From: Eledone cirrhosa
Taxonomy: Eukaryota
Length of the DNA stretch: 64,000 nucleotides
Reading direction: 5' to 3'
Assembly (NCBI GenBank): GCA_964016885.1
Contig: OZ024748.1
Span: 47,244,001-47,308,000 of the forward strand
This document shows positions 30,107 through 43,137 of this stretch, piece after piece; positions within the stretch are counted from its first letter, which is position 1, and every line of letters starts with the position of its first letter. Under the pieces are notes generated by a model. The model was not told the origin of the DNA. It was given only the letters and a program-made list of their open reading frames with translations, and did not search any database. Position numbers and translations under genes: made by a program.

Positions 30107-33100
30107 CAATCTCTCTGTGTCTGTGTATGTATGTGCCTGTCTGCCTCTGAGTATCTGTATGTGAGTGTCTATCTGCCTGGCTATGTCTGTCTGTGTGTGT
30201 GTGTGTCTATGTGTTGGTGAAAGTATCTGTGTGTGTGTGTGTGTGTGGTGTATGTGTCTGCGCCTGTGTATCTGTGTCTAAGCGTCTGTGTCTGTGGCTG
30301 TGTCTGTGTATCTGTGTCTATGTGTGTATGTCTGTGTGTATATCCCTGCAGGTATATGTCTGTGTATGTGTATGTGTATATGTGTTTATAATACACTTCT
30401 TTCTTTAAAAGTCTTTAAAAAAACTTCATAGCATCTATTGATTATTTTTCACCATTTTTAAATTAAACATTGAAATGTCATTTGGTTTTGTTTCAAATGT
30501 TAAGAGTCTTTTGTATTTGGCGTGTTTTACTCTTCAATTTCTTCTGCTGAAATATTTCACCATCGTCTTTAACTCCAACACCACCACCACCATCACGGTT
30601 ATAGCTAATACCAACACCGTGGATAACACCGTCACCACAACCAACACCAACACCATCACCACCACCACCACCATCACCACCACCACCATTATCACAACCG
30701 CTAAAATCTACAACAACACAAACAGAACCAACTCCCCCAGCCATACTAACCACCATGACCAACACCAACACTCCACTACAACTATATCCAACGAAAATAA
30801 CAATAGTTTGAAAATAAGAAACACTGAAAACCCTAATAAATCAAAATTAAATACCATTATTCAACTTAAATATTTTTAAAGAACATTTTCAATAAATATA
30901 TATATATATATGACAAGTAAGTATGTTTTGAAACAGTGAGCAGGTTTGAAATTAGAAAATAGAATAGCTTTCATCGTATTTTTTACTAAAGAAATTTTAG
31001 CCTGATAATGGGGTTTAGAACCCTCAGATAAATGGGAAAAGATTGTTCCATTTATCTGAGGGTTCTAAACCACATTATCAGGCTAAAATTTCTTTAGTCA
31101 AAAATACGGTGAAAGCTATTCTATTTTCTAATATGTATATATATATTATACTTGAGGAGGGTCATATTGTTGTAATAATATTGCCAGAAATAATAACTGA
31201 ACACACTCACTGTTTGGTTTGTTTTCGCTTCTCTATCTTTTATATCTCCACAGTTAATTCATTTGGTCCTCATTGTTTATCATTGACTGACCAACGGTAA
31301 AAAATACAGATATAATATAGATATAAACACATGTATATAGTCTAACAAAGTTCTTTCGTTGCATATCTGCAACATCGTCAGTGGTGCTATTATGTTCCTC
31401 CTGTTGTATTGTATGTCTACGCCATTTTTATTTTATCTGTTTATTTATTTATTTATTTTTGTCTTCTTCTCTGCGTGTGTGTATAGTGTTTGGTGTGTGT
31501 TCGCGTTTGGGTGACTGTGTTTTGGTTATTGTATTCTATCTTAGTTTACTAGTGTGTTTATATGTGTTTGTTGTTATTGTGCTTGTGTATATATTTATTT
31601 ATTTATTTATTTATATTTCTCTTAAGTCAGTATTGTTTGTTTGGGTTTTGTTGTTATATATATATATGTATGTGTGTGTGTGTGTGTGTATGTATACACC
31701 ACGTCTGAACACAATGGAGCCAACTCCCACTGTCACTTCCTCTGTCTCTCCAACTCTCCCTAAATCTCATATTATACACCAGGGCCGAACACAACGGAAC
31801 CAAACTCCCAGTGTCACTGCCTCCGTCTCACCGACTCTATCTGTTCAAATCCCGCCGAGGTTGACTTTGCCTTTCATCCTTACGGGGTCGATAAAATAAA
31901 GTACCAGTAATGCACTGGGTAATTGCTGGCCTTGTGCCTAAAGTAGAAACAATTATTATTAGCAAATAGGGGGCCCTTGCGCTGGCCTCCTCGGAGCCCC
32001 GGCAGACAGAACAGAGTAGGCCTTTCTCCGGAGGATATTGAGGGAGACGCACTGGAAGAACCATTCCAACACACAAGGCTCACATCTGCAATGTTGGTCA
32101 GTAGGGAGGTGGTCCAAGAGCCAAGGACACCAGAAGTGTCCACTGCTTCAACTACCTACGCCCATCGGGAAATAAACAAGAGTAAAACCTGACTGGGCTT
32201 ATCTTTTAGCAAAGGGAGATTATGATGTGGTTCTAAAATGAAAGTGTTGGGTTGACAGAATCGATAGAGCATAGGATAAAATGTGTTTGCCGTAGACGTT
32301 CTGTCTCGTTACATTCTGAGTTCAAATCCCGCAAAGATAAACATGGCCTTTCATCTTATTGGGATCGTTAAAATAATGTACCAATCAAGTACTCTCGGAT
32401 CTCGAATAATCGCCACCGCCATTTATTAATTTTTCAGACCCCCTTGCTATTCCATCCCCCACTCCCGGTTATTAAATTTTTGCAATCTATCTCCAGCAAA
32501 ATATAATTTTAAATTTCTTTATACATTAAAATCATTATACATGATAAAAATCGCATATGTTATAAAATAAATAGGATGGGTTGGGGTCTCAATATGTAAA
32601 CTAATCAAGTAATTCTAAATCAACGGAGACAACCTAGAAATATTATCAATTCCCCAACAATCACCCCCACCCGGTTATTCCAATTCCTTTGATTATTCCA
32701 CCATATATCCGCTTTTCCACAAACACTTATTATTTGGGACTCAAGTGGGCTGGAATAGATTTACACACCTTTAACCGTCCTCAAAATATACCTAGATTAT
32801 TAACGGGTTTTACTCCGTAGTGTATCTTGATTATTTCTAGACGGTAAAGAGAAGGGGGTGTCTTTAGGGATAATCTGGCTGCTATATCTAGCAGGTCGGA
32901 AATGAGAAATTATAACGAACGACTAAGTACTTTCTTGGCTTAATAGCAATTCAAACAAGTGTGAACTCGTAATCATTAGTTCCTCACACTCTGTATACAC
33001 ACATATACACACATACAAGTGTATACATGTATAAATATATATATAGTGAAAATTGGAACGGGAACGAAAACAAGGAGGCAGTACAAACAATACATATATA

Positions 33101-33131
33101 TATATATATATGGATATATATATGTGTGTGT

Positions 33132-33200
<69 letters not shown>

Positions 33201-33735
33201 TATATATAGATATATATAGATATTTATATATATATATAGAGAGAGAGAGATAGAGAGAGATAGATATATATAGAGAGAGGGTGAGATATTTGTATAGAAG
33301 AATGTGTGCAATGAGACAGACACACAAGTGTGAGTCCATGTGTGTGTGTGTGTGTGTGTACGTGTACGTGTATATGTGAGTACGTACATGTGCATGTGCA
33401 TATGCGTGTATATGCGGATGCGTGTGAATACGTCTGTTTCTCCAGTCTATATCAGTTGTGGTCCTATATTAAATACTGAAATATTGAAGTCAGCGGTGCG
33501 TGTGAAGATTGAACAAGATGGCGCTCGTTAATTGTGGCTCTGTCAATGTTGTTTTAACATATCGCAATGATGAATCACTTTACTTCAAAGGAGGCCATCT
33601 TTGATAGAATAGCTTCTACTAAGAATGGATCGAATTGGCACCATTCATTCCTTCCCTGCTTCACCACCTCTCACATTCCATAATATTGTGTTATATACTC
33701 TACTCTGCAGTAAATATTGTTTCGTATACATACAT

Positions 33736-33797
<62 letters not shown>

Positions 33798-33920
33798 ATA
33801 ATTATACTTATATATAGAAACTTAGATATATATATTTATGTATATATTCATATATATATATATTCTTATACACATATATATACTTATAGAGAGAGACTTA
33901 TATATATCTATGCATATATT

Positions 33921-34013
<93 letters not shown>

Positions 34014-34057
34014 CTATGGATATATGCACATACACAAACACACACTCATATATATGT

Positions 34058-34099
<42 letters not shown>

Positions 34100-34206
34100 A
34101 TGTTTATCTCTTGTATCGTGCCAAGGATATTGTCACCTCTGACCTCAGCCAGCTCCGTATAGCTGTTGTGAGTTTAATATTTAACATACTGACTATAATG
34201 AATATG

Positions 34207-35305
34207 CTAATGCTGGTGATGGTGATGGTGATGATGATGATGATGATGATGTTGGTGAAGGTGGTGATGATGGTGGTGGTGGTGATGGTGATGTTGGAGA
34301 TAATGATGATGGTGATGATGATGGTGATGATGATGATGGTGGTGATGGTGATGGTGATGGTGATGATGATGATGATGGTGATGATGGTGGTGATGATGAT
34401 GGTGATGGTGATGATGGTGGTGATGATGATGATGGTGGTGATGATGATGGTGATGATGGTGGTGATGATGATGGTGGTGGTGATGGTGATGATGGTGGTG
34501 ATGATGATGGTGGTGGTGATGGTGATGATGGTGGTGATGATGATGGTGATGGTGGTGGTGATGGTGGTGATGGTGATGTTGCATGTAATGATGATGGTGA
34601 TGATGATGGTGATGGTGCTGATGATGAAGTTGATGGTGTCGATGATGATGATGATGATGATAGTGGTGGTGATGGTGATGAGGTCGATGGTGACGATGAA
34701 GATATAATGGTGGTGGTTATGATGGTGGTGGTGATGGTGATGATGATGGTGATGGTTGTGATGATGGTGATGGTTGTGATGATGGTGATGATGATGGTGA
34801 TGGTTGTGATGATGGTGATGATGAAAATGATGGTAATGGTGATGATGGTGGTGATTAAGAGAGTTTGGAATAAAGATGCTGACTTGTGTGTGCGTAGATG
34901 GTGATGATGATGGTGATGATGGTGATGGTGGTGATGATGGTGATGATGGTGGTGATGGTGATGGTGGTGGTGATGGTGATGGTCGTGGTGATGGTGATGG
35001 TGGTGATGGTGATGATGGTGATGATGGTGATGGTAGTGATGGTGGTGATGGTGATGGTGATGGTGATGATGGTGGTGATGGTGATGGTGATGATGGTGAT
35101 GAGGATGGTGATGATGGTGATGGTGGTGGTGATGGTGATGATGGTGGTGATGGTGATGGTGGTGATGGTGATGATGATGGTGATGATGGTGATGGTAGTG
35201 ATGGTGATGGTGATGATGGTGATGGTGATGGTGGTGATGGTGGTAGTGGTGATGGTGGTAATGGTGATGATGGTGATGGTGATGGTGGTGATGGTGATGA
35301 TGATG
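34207..35305. repeat. (GAT/GGT)n compound microsatellite
   Basis: Direct inspection. Confidence 0.95.
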
Positions 35306-35864
35306 GCAGTGCTAAAGATGCTGACTTGTGTGTGTGATAATGTAGTTAATCTATTCCTTGAGATGTTTAAGGAAGGAATTGCACTTTCATGAATTAATGA
35401 CAATCTTCATTCCTGGTATGTGTTGTTGTTGCTGTTGTTGTTTCTGTTGTTGTTGTTGTTGTTGTTGTTACTGCTGTTGTTGTAGATGTTAATGTCGAGG
35501 CTTTTGCTCCTGTTGTTTTTGTTGCTGATGTTGTTGCTGATGTTGATGCTATGGCTCATGTTGTTGTTGTTGTTACTGCTGCTGTTGTTGTTGATGCTAT
35601 AACTTCTGCTGTTGTTATTGCTGCTGTTGTTGCTGTTATTTCTGTTGTTTCTGTTGTTGCTGTTGTTGTTTAGCCTCATCTTGGTCCTCTTTAGGGTAGA
35701 CCTTTGATCAATAGTAATCCACCAAGGACCAACATGAATCTTTATGGCTTTCTAGAAAGATCTTATCAATGAATGATTTCCTTCTATCTTCTGAAGATAG
35801 TAGGGTGAGCAGAGGAAAGATTTGCTTGATATTCCTACACAAAATGTAATGATCACGCTCATCG

Positions 35865-35949
<85 letters not shown>

Positions 35950-36111
35950 ACCAGCACAACATTATCCAGTAAACGTCACCCTTGCACGAACTGTGGACGT
36001 GCTTACAAATATTTTGCAGGTTAAAAATGTCATGACAGATACCAACATCCAAACAGAATGAACTGAATACGTTGTTCGGATCTTCATACGTCAAAATCGA
36101 TGGGAGAGTCC

Positions 36112-36154
<43 letters not shown>

Positions 36155-36159
<5 letters not shown>

Positions 36160-36720
36160 GAAAAAAGATGAAATCAAAAATGCAACTGGAGTCTTATTTT
36201 TAAAGAAATATATATATTTATTTGGTTCCTTTACCGGTTTCGCACTTCTTCTGCTTTTCAAAAGTAGAGTTGAGATGGAGGGTCTGTGGTTTTTCTCATA
36301 TCTGGCAGGTCTTTTAATGTTACGTGTTTTATATGGAAAAAAGTGGCTCGAAACACCAGGTTTTTAGAGAAGTAATTTTATTGGTTGGTGAATAAGTATA
36401 ATAAAGTTGGCGTGAAATTTATTATACTTATTCACCAACCAATCAAATTATTTCTCTAAAAACCTGGCGTTTCGAGCCACTTTTTTCCATATAAAACAAG
36501 TAACATTCAAAGACCAACCAGATGTGAGAAAAACCACATACCCTCCATCTCAACTCTACTTTTGAAAAGCAGAAGAACTGCGAAACCGGTAAAGGAACCA
36601 AATAAATAAATATATTTGTTAAAAGATAAGACTCCAGTTGCATTTTCGATTTCATCTTTTTTCCTTATACTTTCACTCGTGTAGGACACCTCGGTTATTT
36701 TTCATTTTGTAAAAAAAACC
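36155..36720. mobile_element. Foldback element with ~250 bp arms and a degenerate hammerhead
   Basis: Arms are inverted about 36410. ctt TTGAAAA gcag aagaa ctgc GAAA ccgG TA aag at 36558-36595. Confidence 0.7.
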
Positions 36721-37156
36721 TCACTTTCTAATATATATATAGGAAAAGAGTCAGGACCCGACGGCTAAGTTCCGGCCATTTCGACAGCTCAGCCGTCAGA
36801 GTATGACTCTTTTCCTATTATTACCGACTCTACTACCCTGCGTCTCGAGAACTCTGGTGCGTTATGGTCCTCCTGGCATCTTACCACACCTTCATTGTTA
36901 TATATATATATATACCCAAATCTATATGCATTTGTATCTTTGCGCACTATCGGGTGGGTGTTGATTTTCTGAGTCAATTTTTCCTTGACAAGATTTGTGT
37001 TTCGTCCCAAGGGTTACGAAATTGTACCCTCATTCGCTTGTAAGCTTAGAGGGTTGTCAGTGTATTCTCCGAAAACTGAAACATGCAGCATGTTGTTGTA
37101 CTGGGTTACATATTACCAATAGTTATGAATAGCGACCTAAGAAGAAAATATATGCC

Positions 37157-37194
<38 letters not shown>

Positions 37195-37246
37195 AATAAT
37201 AATAAACGTGAAAGCAGCGCTTATTTGCTTAAACTGTAATCTGTTA

Positions 37247-37311
<65 letters not shown>

Positions 37312-37395
37312 AGAGAGAGCGAGAAAGAAAGAGAGAGGGTTAGATAGACAAACAGATAAATAGATATTTAGATAGATAGGTAAATAGATAGATAT

Positions 37396-37502
37396 ATTTC
37401 TTTATTTGCCACAAGGGCGCACAAGAAAAGGGGACAAAACAAAGACACATGCCGGGGATTTTACATACAATCGTGTAAAATAATCGTGTAAAAATATTGA
37501 AA
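37396..37502 (-). mobile_element. 5'-truncated 3' end of a related Tx1-like LINE in the same (GATA)n array
   Basis: tttctttatttgccacaagggcgcacaagaaaaggggaca closely matches the 3' terminus of the long element (ttctatttatttgccacgagggcacaaaagaaggggaca). GATA repeats lie on both sides. Confidence 0.75.
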
Positions 37503-37553
37503 GATAGATAGATAGATAAACAGATAGATAAATAGATAAACAGATAGATAGAT

Positions 37554-37608
<55 letters not shown>

Positions 37609-37839
37609 ATTTCTATTTATTTGCCACGAGGGCACAAAAGAAGGGGACATTTACACAGTGGGGGAGTTTACATAAATCGAGTAAAGAAAAAAGGAATAAC
37701 AATAATAATATAACAATAAAAAGTCCTCAAAAGGGAGGGGGCGTGTTGGGGATTGCACATACCCCCGAAAAGTGTGCAACTCTTTTCGCGGGGGAAGCCC
37801 AGAGAGGAGGCGCTCCCCCTTTCCTCTTCACTTCTTCAC

Positions 37840-40800
37840 CTACAGAACAATGTAGAGAGAAGGCCCATTTACACGGGCCATTCTCGCTTCTTTCACCCAC
37901 CTTTCATAAAACTGTCTGGGACCAAGCACTTCTCTCTCCATCCTGATTCTTCTTCCGAAGTGGTATCGGAAGAAGTAAACCAGGTGATGGCCGGAGAGAA
38001 AGTCACCCGACCTCAGACCTTTCAGGCGCGTCCACCACACAACCTCTTTCATCATGGCTATTACGCACAGAAAGACCGCCTCTGCTTCATTTCTGAAGGG
38101 AGGAGGCGGCTTGATGTTCACCACAGACTCGGCGGTTAATCGAATCGGCGCCACACGCGACAGCAGTCGTTCGACGTAGCCCCACAGATCGGCAACGCCC
38201 GGGCAGTGTACCAGTGCATGCGCAACGGTTTCCTCGTCGCGCACGCATCTGGGACAGATCTTTTTCGCGGGATCCCTGCCCGGGCGCCCGTGTCTGTAGA
38301 GCTTTTCTCGAACGGGCAGAGCCCCCCGGTAACACTGCCAGGCTAGGGACCTCTGGAAGTTGTCCATGGGTCCCGGGCCGAAAGTTCTACCGAACAGGCT
38401 GGCCAGTTCGTCCTCCTCCATGCCTAGCGACTCTCCAAGGGTGTCGTCGCCCCTGCTAGCCACCAACCCTCTATAGAATGTCGAGGTGGATTCTCCACTG
38501 ACAGTCGGGTCCGCTTGCCAGATAGCCGTGAGCGCCTGGGCACACTCAGTGTGCCAGTTGCCCAGTTTTCTCGGTCTTTGCTTCACCCAGGATTGCAGTT
38601 CGGTGAGCGAGACGAGCTGTGGGAAGGCTCGCCTCACAAACGGGGCCCACACCGGCTGACCGTTGAGGAATACCTGTAGATGCCGTAGCCTCAATGCGTG
38701 CCTACGCATCAACAGCCACGGCATACCCAGCCCTCCTTTCGAAGGGTGCTGGCAGCAGATGGATCTCCTCACCATGGGAGGCCGCTTCTTCCAGAGGAAC
38801 TGGAAGAGCATGCGTTCCATGATGGTGAGCTTTTCCTTGGGGCAAGGCACGACGGTCAGGCGGTAGTAGATGACGGACGCTATGTAAGCGTTCGTCACCT
38901 CCGCCCGACCTTTCAGTGATAGTTTGCACTTGGCCCACTTCTGGGTCAGCGCAAACACCCTGCTCGTCACCTCGCCCCAATTCTTCTCCACCTGGAGGTC
39001 CGGTCCGAACCAGACCCCGAGCAGCTTCACCGGGCCCTCCGTCCACCGCCCGACGACACCGTCTAACGGCATCGGTTTGCCCCTCCACGTTCCGAGTTGC
39101 AAACCGACTGACTTGTCCCGGTTCAGCTTAGCCCCCGTCAGCCTTTCGTATTCCTCCAGTAGGGTGGCGATCGCCCCGATTTCCGAGGCGTCCGCCACCA
39201 TTACTGTTACGTCGTCGGCATAGGCCGAGACCGCTTTGTGCAATCCCGGTTCCAGGGGTATGCCCCGCAGCAACTCCAACTTCCGCAGCAGTGGCTCGAG
39301 AGTCAATACGTACAGAAGGGAGGAGAGGGGGCACCCCTGTCTGATGGATCGGGTGATTTGAAACGGCTCCGAGAGGTAGCCGTTTACTTTAATCCTAGAG
39401 TAGATGTTGCCACTGTGCATGGCAGAAATCCAGCCCCTGAAAACGGGTCCGAAGCCCGCCGCCGCTAGCACCGCATCCAGGTAACCATGGTCGACCCTAT
39501 CGAACGCCTTAGATTGATCCAAGTTGATCAGGGCCCCACCAAAGCCGGGTTCGTAGCCAACCCTCTCTATGATGTATCGCATGAGGTGGAGGTTGTCGTG
39601 AATGGACCTGGACGGGATAGCGCATGTCTGCGCGTCTCCCACCAAACCACCCACCACAAGCGCCAACCTCTTCGCCAACACCTTGGCCAAAATCTGTAAC
39701 TCTGCATTCAGCAGAGTTATGGGCCTAAAGTTACTTAAGTCGTCCCCCTTGCTCTCGTCCTTCCTCACTAGCGTGACCACGCCCTTGGTCACAGAACAGG
39801 GAATTCTCCCGTTCTGTTGCCAGTTGCAATAGACAGCCTCGAGGAGTTCGGAGAACAAGACCGGCATAGCTAAATAAAGTTCGTATGGTAGACCATCGAG
39901 ACCCGGGGATTTGCGTCTGCTGCATTGGCTGAGCGCTTCCCCGATTTCAGTGGCTGTGATTGGCCCTTCGCAGCACTCCGCTTCGCCGCTCGAAAGACGC
40001 GGTAGACCGTCGAGGTATGGACCGAAGTCCACATCCCCGTCCGGCCCCCCGCCACCTCCGAACAGTCGAGCAAAGTGCCTTTGAAAGGTCTCGCACATTC
40101 GCTCAGGTTCAAGGATCACCCGTCCATCCTGGTCTCGCAAAGACCGAATGGTGGATTTAATCCCACTCTTGGCTTCTGTCACGCGGGCCCAGCTAACAGC
40201 TTTGGTCCCCTCGTTTCCTAAAGCACGTATTTTACTTCGGACAACGCAGCCTTCGTGCTTCGCGTCAAAGAACTGGCTCAATGCCGTTCTCGTCGCTAAC
40301 ACTCTGGCTACGTCTCCGCTCCTAATCGCCTCTTCTAGTTTATCTGTTAACTCCCTTTCCCTCCTATTTCTATTCGCCGCTAGTTCCTTACTGTAACCTA
40401 TCGAACTTACTCTAATCTCTCTCTTTAGAGATATCCACCACCTACTGTTGACGATCGCTCCCGTCAACCGCATCTTAACTAAGCTACTAATCCGGTTTCT
40501 GTAATCTTTCTTTGTCGGTAAGGACAAGTTCATCTTCCAGTAACCGGGACCCTGTCTATGCGTTCTATCAAGGTTGACCACGCAGGTCACTAATTTGTGA
40601 TCTGAATAGCCAACCATGATCAGTTCTGGACAACTAAATACGTCCCTATCCTTACTCCTAACCAAAAACCTATCTAGGTACGATCTAGATTGTCCACTGC
40701 GGTTTGCCCAGGTCCAGGTTGGCGCAGTTGGACAATCTAGTCGAAATCTATCGACCAGGTCGAATCGATCGAGTAACCCCTTGAGGCTGCTACACCCCCC

Positions 40801-41269
40801 TCTATCGGGACATGCCCCTGCATAGTCCCAACGCGCATCTAGGATTCCATTCCAGTCCCCCACTAAAAGCAGGGAACGCGACGTTCCTAGAAAAGTCTCC
40901 AGACGTTGGAAGAAGTCGGCTCTCTCCGCCCCGAAGGGAGCATAAAGACCGACCAGTCTGAAAGCCCCGCCTTCACCACCTCCGACGTCCAGCACCAGTA
41001 ATCGACCCCCCGGGTCCGAGTGAACAATCTGTACGTCGAGAGTCAGACGTTTATCCAGCAGTACGGCAACTCCCCCCCCCGCCTCCGGGTTGACAGAGAG
41101 ATGCGTGCATCTCAAAGTCATCGAAGGCGGGCGCCAGCTGTCTCACGCTGCTGATCCGACTCTCGCAAACAACCATCACATCTATACTTTGTGACCTGAG
41201 GTCACTTAGAAGCTTTGCTTGCTTCCAAGCTGAGCTCAGGCCACGCGCGTTCAAACAGCCAACTCTCAA
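37840..41269 (-). CDS. LINE ORF2 (APE endonuclease, reverse transcriptase, C-terminal zinc finger), split by a 1-nt frameshift
   Basis: Endonuclease motifs LNARGL, CES, VGDWN, YLDRFL, SDHKLV. RT motifs KSPGLDG, FRPITLLN, DQSKAFDRV, RQGCPLS, YADD. C-terminal CPRC..H..C. The 72-aa ORF 41051-41269 joins the 1093-aa ORF if one base is removed from the C9 run at 41072-41080. Confidence 0.93.
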
Positions 41270-41274
41270 TTGAT

Positions 41275-43137
41275 CTATTTTGGTGTTGAAAGTGAAGAAA
41301 GAAAAGCACTTACCTCTCCGGGTTGCGTAATTTCCATGGCATCAGGTGTGTTGGGTGGAGGGATGTTTTGTGGTGGTGTGGGGGTACACGTGTGTGGTGG
41401 GGTTGGGGTATTTGGAGTTGTGTCAGGGAGAGGGGCGGTTATGGGGAAATCTTTCAAGAGGACGCGATTCAACGGTTTTAAACAGGGGGGGCTCACGTCC
41501 CGTCTAAATTGTTCTTTTAAGGAACGATAAAGGTCCAGAGGGACCTTTATCATTTTTAAATGGGTGAAGTTCTCTGTTGAGATAAAGTTTGGCCCTTCGG
41601 TTTGCACCATAGGGTTATTGTTTATTAATTTAACCAGTTTTTTGTTTTCTTTATTTATATATGTGTATTGCAACGTCTTTTTTTGTGATGCTGTCAATGT
41701 TTCGGAGAGGGGAGGCGCAGATTTATTTTTGTTTGTTGAGGGTGGGGTGTTTTTGATTGGAGTTGGTGTTTGTGTGTGGGTTATTTGTGGTGTGCTGGGT
41801 GTGTGTTTTCTTTTTTTTCTTTTAACTTGTCTGAAGGCTTCTCCTCCTTCTTCTTCAGAAGTTGGGGGAAACTCTTCAGCGCTAGGTGGGAGGGACGTGT
41901 TGTGTGGTTGTTTTTTTTTTGCGGGAGGGGTAGATTTGTTACTGTTTTTTTTATTATTTGTTTGGAATGGGTTTTGTGGTGGTGGTGGTGGTAATGTTTG
42001 TGTCGTGCTTGTGGTTGGTAATGGTGGTGGTGATGTTTGTGTTGTGGTTGGTGGTGGTGATTTTTGTGTCGTGCTTGTGTTTGGTGCTGGTGGTGGTGAT
42101 GTTTGTGTTGTGTTTGTGGTTGGTGGTGTCTGTATTTTGTTTGCTGTGTGTGGTATTAGTGTATTTTTGGAGGTGGGTGGTGCTGGTGTACTGTTTGTGG
42201 TGGGTGTGGGCAATAGTCCTTTTTGGGGGATACGTTTCGGGCAGTTAGCCTTAACGTGTCCCCTTTCCATGCATAAATAGCATGCTGGTCTTCTCCCCTC
42301 TACAATTATGTCTATTGGGGTAAGGTCATCCAGCCAGATGCGATCCGGGATTTGTGCTATTCTTTCGGGCCTCATTTGGACTAGTATGTCGAGGCCCATT
42401 CCCAGGAACGCATCTCCAGTTGCCTTCCCCATTGACAGCATAGTGTCTTCGCCCATATCAATGAAGCCAGCAATAGCCCACCAGAAGTCCATTGTGGGCA
42501 GCATTGTTTTTACTTTTACCCTCTGTGTTCTTCTACCCATGTAGGAGGGATAGAAGCTATATGTTGTCGACGAGAGTGGGCTTAGGGAAAGCTGAACCGC
42601 CGTTTCTTTGTCTCTTGTTAGGACCGAAATGCTGCCATAGAGTCGGTCCTTTCGTATGAAGAGAATATTCTTCATATAGTCTTTTAGGACTAACTCTATT
42701 TCCATTTGGCTGGGCTGTGCTGGCTTTCTTGACTGGTTTAGTATAGTTCTGTATATAACTGTGTTTTCTGCTCTGGCTTTCTTGAATTCTGGGGGGGAGT
42801 TAATGGAAAACATTCCGTTTTCCCCCAAAACAATATGTTTCTTTGCTTCGGCCAGTTTTTCTCTGGCGGCAGTTAGGTCAATTGGTGTGTATGTAATGGA
42901 TTGCTTTGTTTTCTGGGCGAAAGTTGCCCTGTCGTTATTTGTATTATTTTCTGTTTGTTTGTTTTCTGTTTGCTCATTTTCCTTAACATTTGTTTTTTCA
43001 TTTTGTTTGTTTGTTTCAATGTCTAATTTTGTTGTAATTATTTTTTGTTCTTCAGACTTGGGGGGCGTGGCAGAGCTAATGGCAGACATGTCTGCCATCT
43101 TTTCCGCCATGCTGCCAAGAAAGAAATTTTTCGGCAA
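41275..43137 (-). CDS. LINE ORF1 (gag-like nucleic-acid-binding protein, 620 aa)
   Basis: Uninterrupted ORF upstream of ORF2, with CCHC knuckle CYLCMERGHVKANC followed by a Pro/Thr-rich tail and a basic KRKKRK motif. Confidence 0.88.
   Translation of the reverse strand: MPKNFFLGSMAEKMADMSAISSATPPKSEEQKIITTKLDIETNKQNEKTNVKENEQTENKQTENNTNNDRATFAQKTKQSITYTPIDLTAAREKLAEAKKHIVLGENGMFSINSPPEFKKARAENTVIYRTILNQSRKPAQPSQMEIELVLKDYMKNILFIRKDRLYGSISVLTRDKETAVQLSLSPLSSTTYSFYPSYMGRRTQRVKVKTMLPTMDFWWAIAGFIDMGEDTMLSMGKATGDAFLGMGLDILVQMRPERIAQIPDRIWLDDLTPIDIIVEGRRPACYLCMERGHVKANCPKRIPQKGLLPTPTTNSTPAPPTSKNTLIPHTANKIQTPPTTNTTQTSPPPAPNTSTTQKSPPPTTTQTSPPPLPTTSTTQTLPPPPPQNPFQTNNKKNSNKSTPPAKKKQPHNTSLPPSAEEFPPTSEEEGGEAFRQVKRKKRKHTPSTPQITHTQTPTPIKNTPPSTNKNKSAPPLSETLTASQKKTLQYTYINKENKKLVKLINNNPMVQTEGPNFISTENFTHLKMIKVPLDLYRSLKEQFRRDVSPPCLKPLNRVLLKDFPITAPLPDTTPNTPTPPHTCTPTPPQNIPPPNTPDAMEITQPGEVSAFLSSLSTPK

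Noticed and set aside
33838-35679. Poly-His, Met/Val, Gly/Asp and Asn/Gln ORFs
   Set aside because: Trinucleotide repeats open in several frames on both strands, with no non-repetitive coding context.
41275-41313. GTAAGT...TAG mini-intron at the end of LINE ORF1
   Set aside because: It is only 39 nt, and removing it keeps the ORF1 frame and hits TGA, so it would not fuse ORF1 to ORF2.
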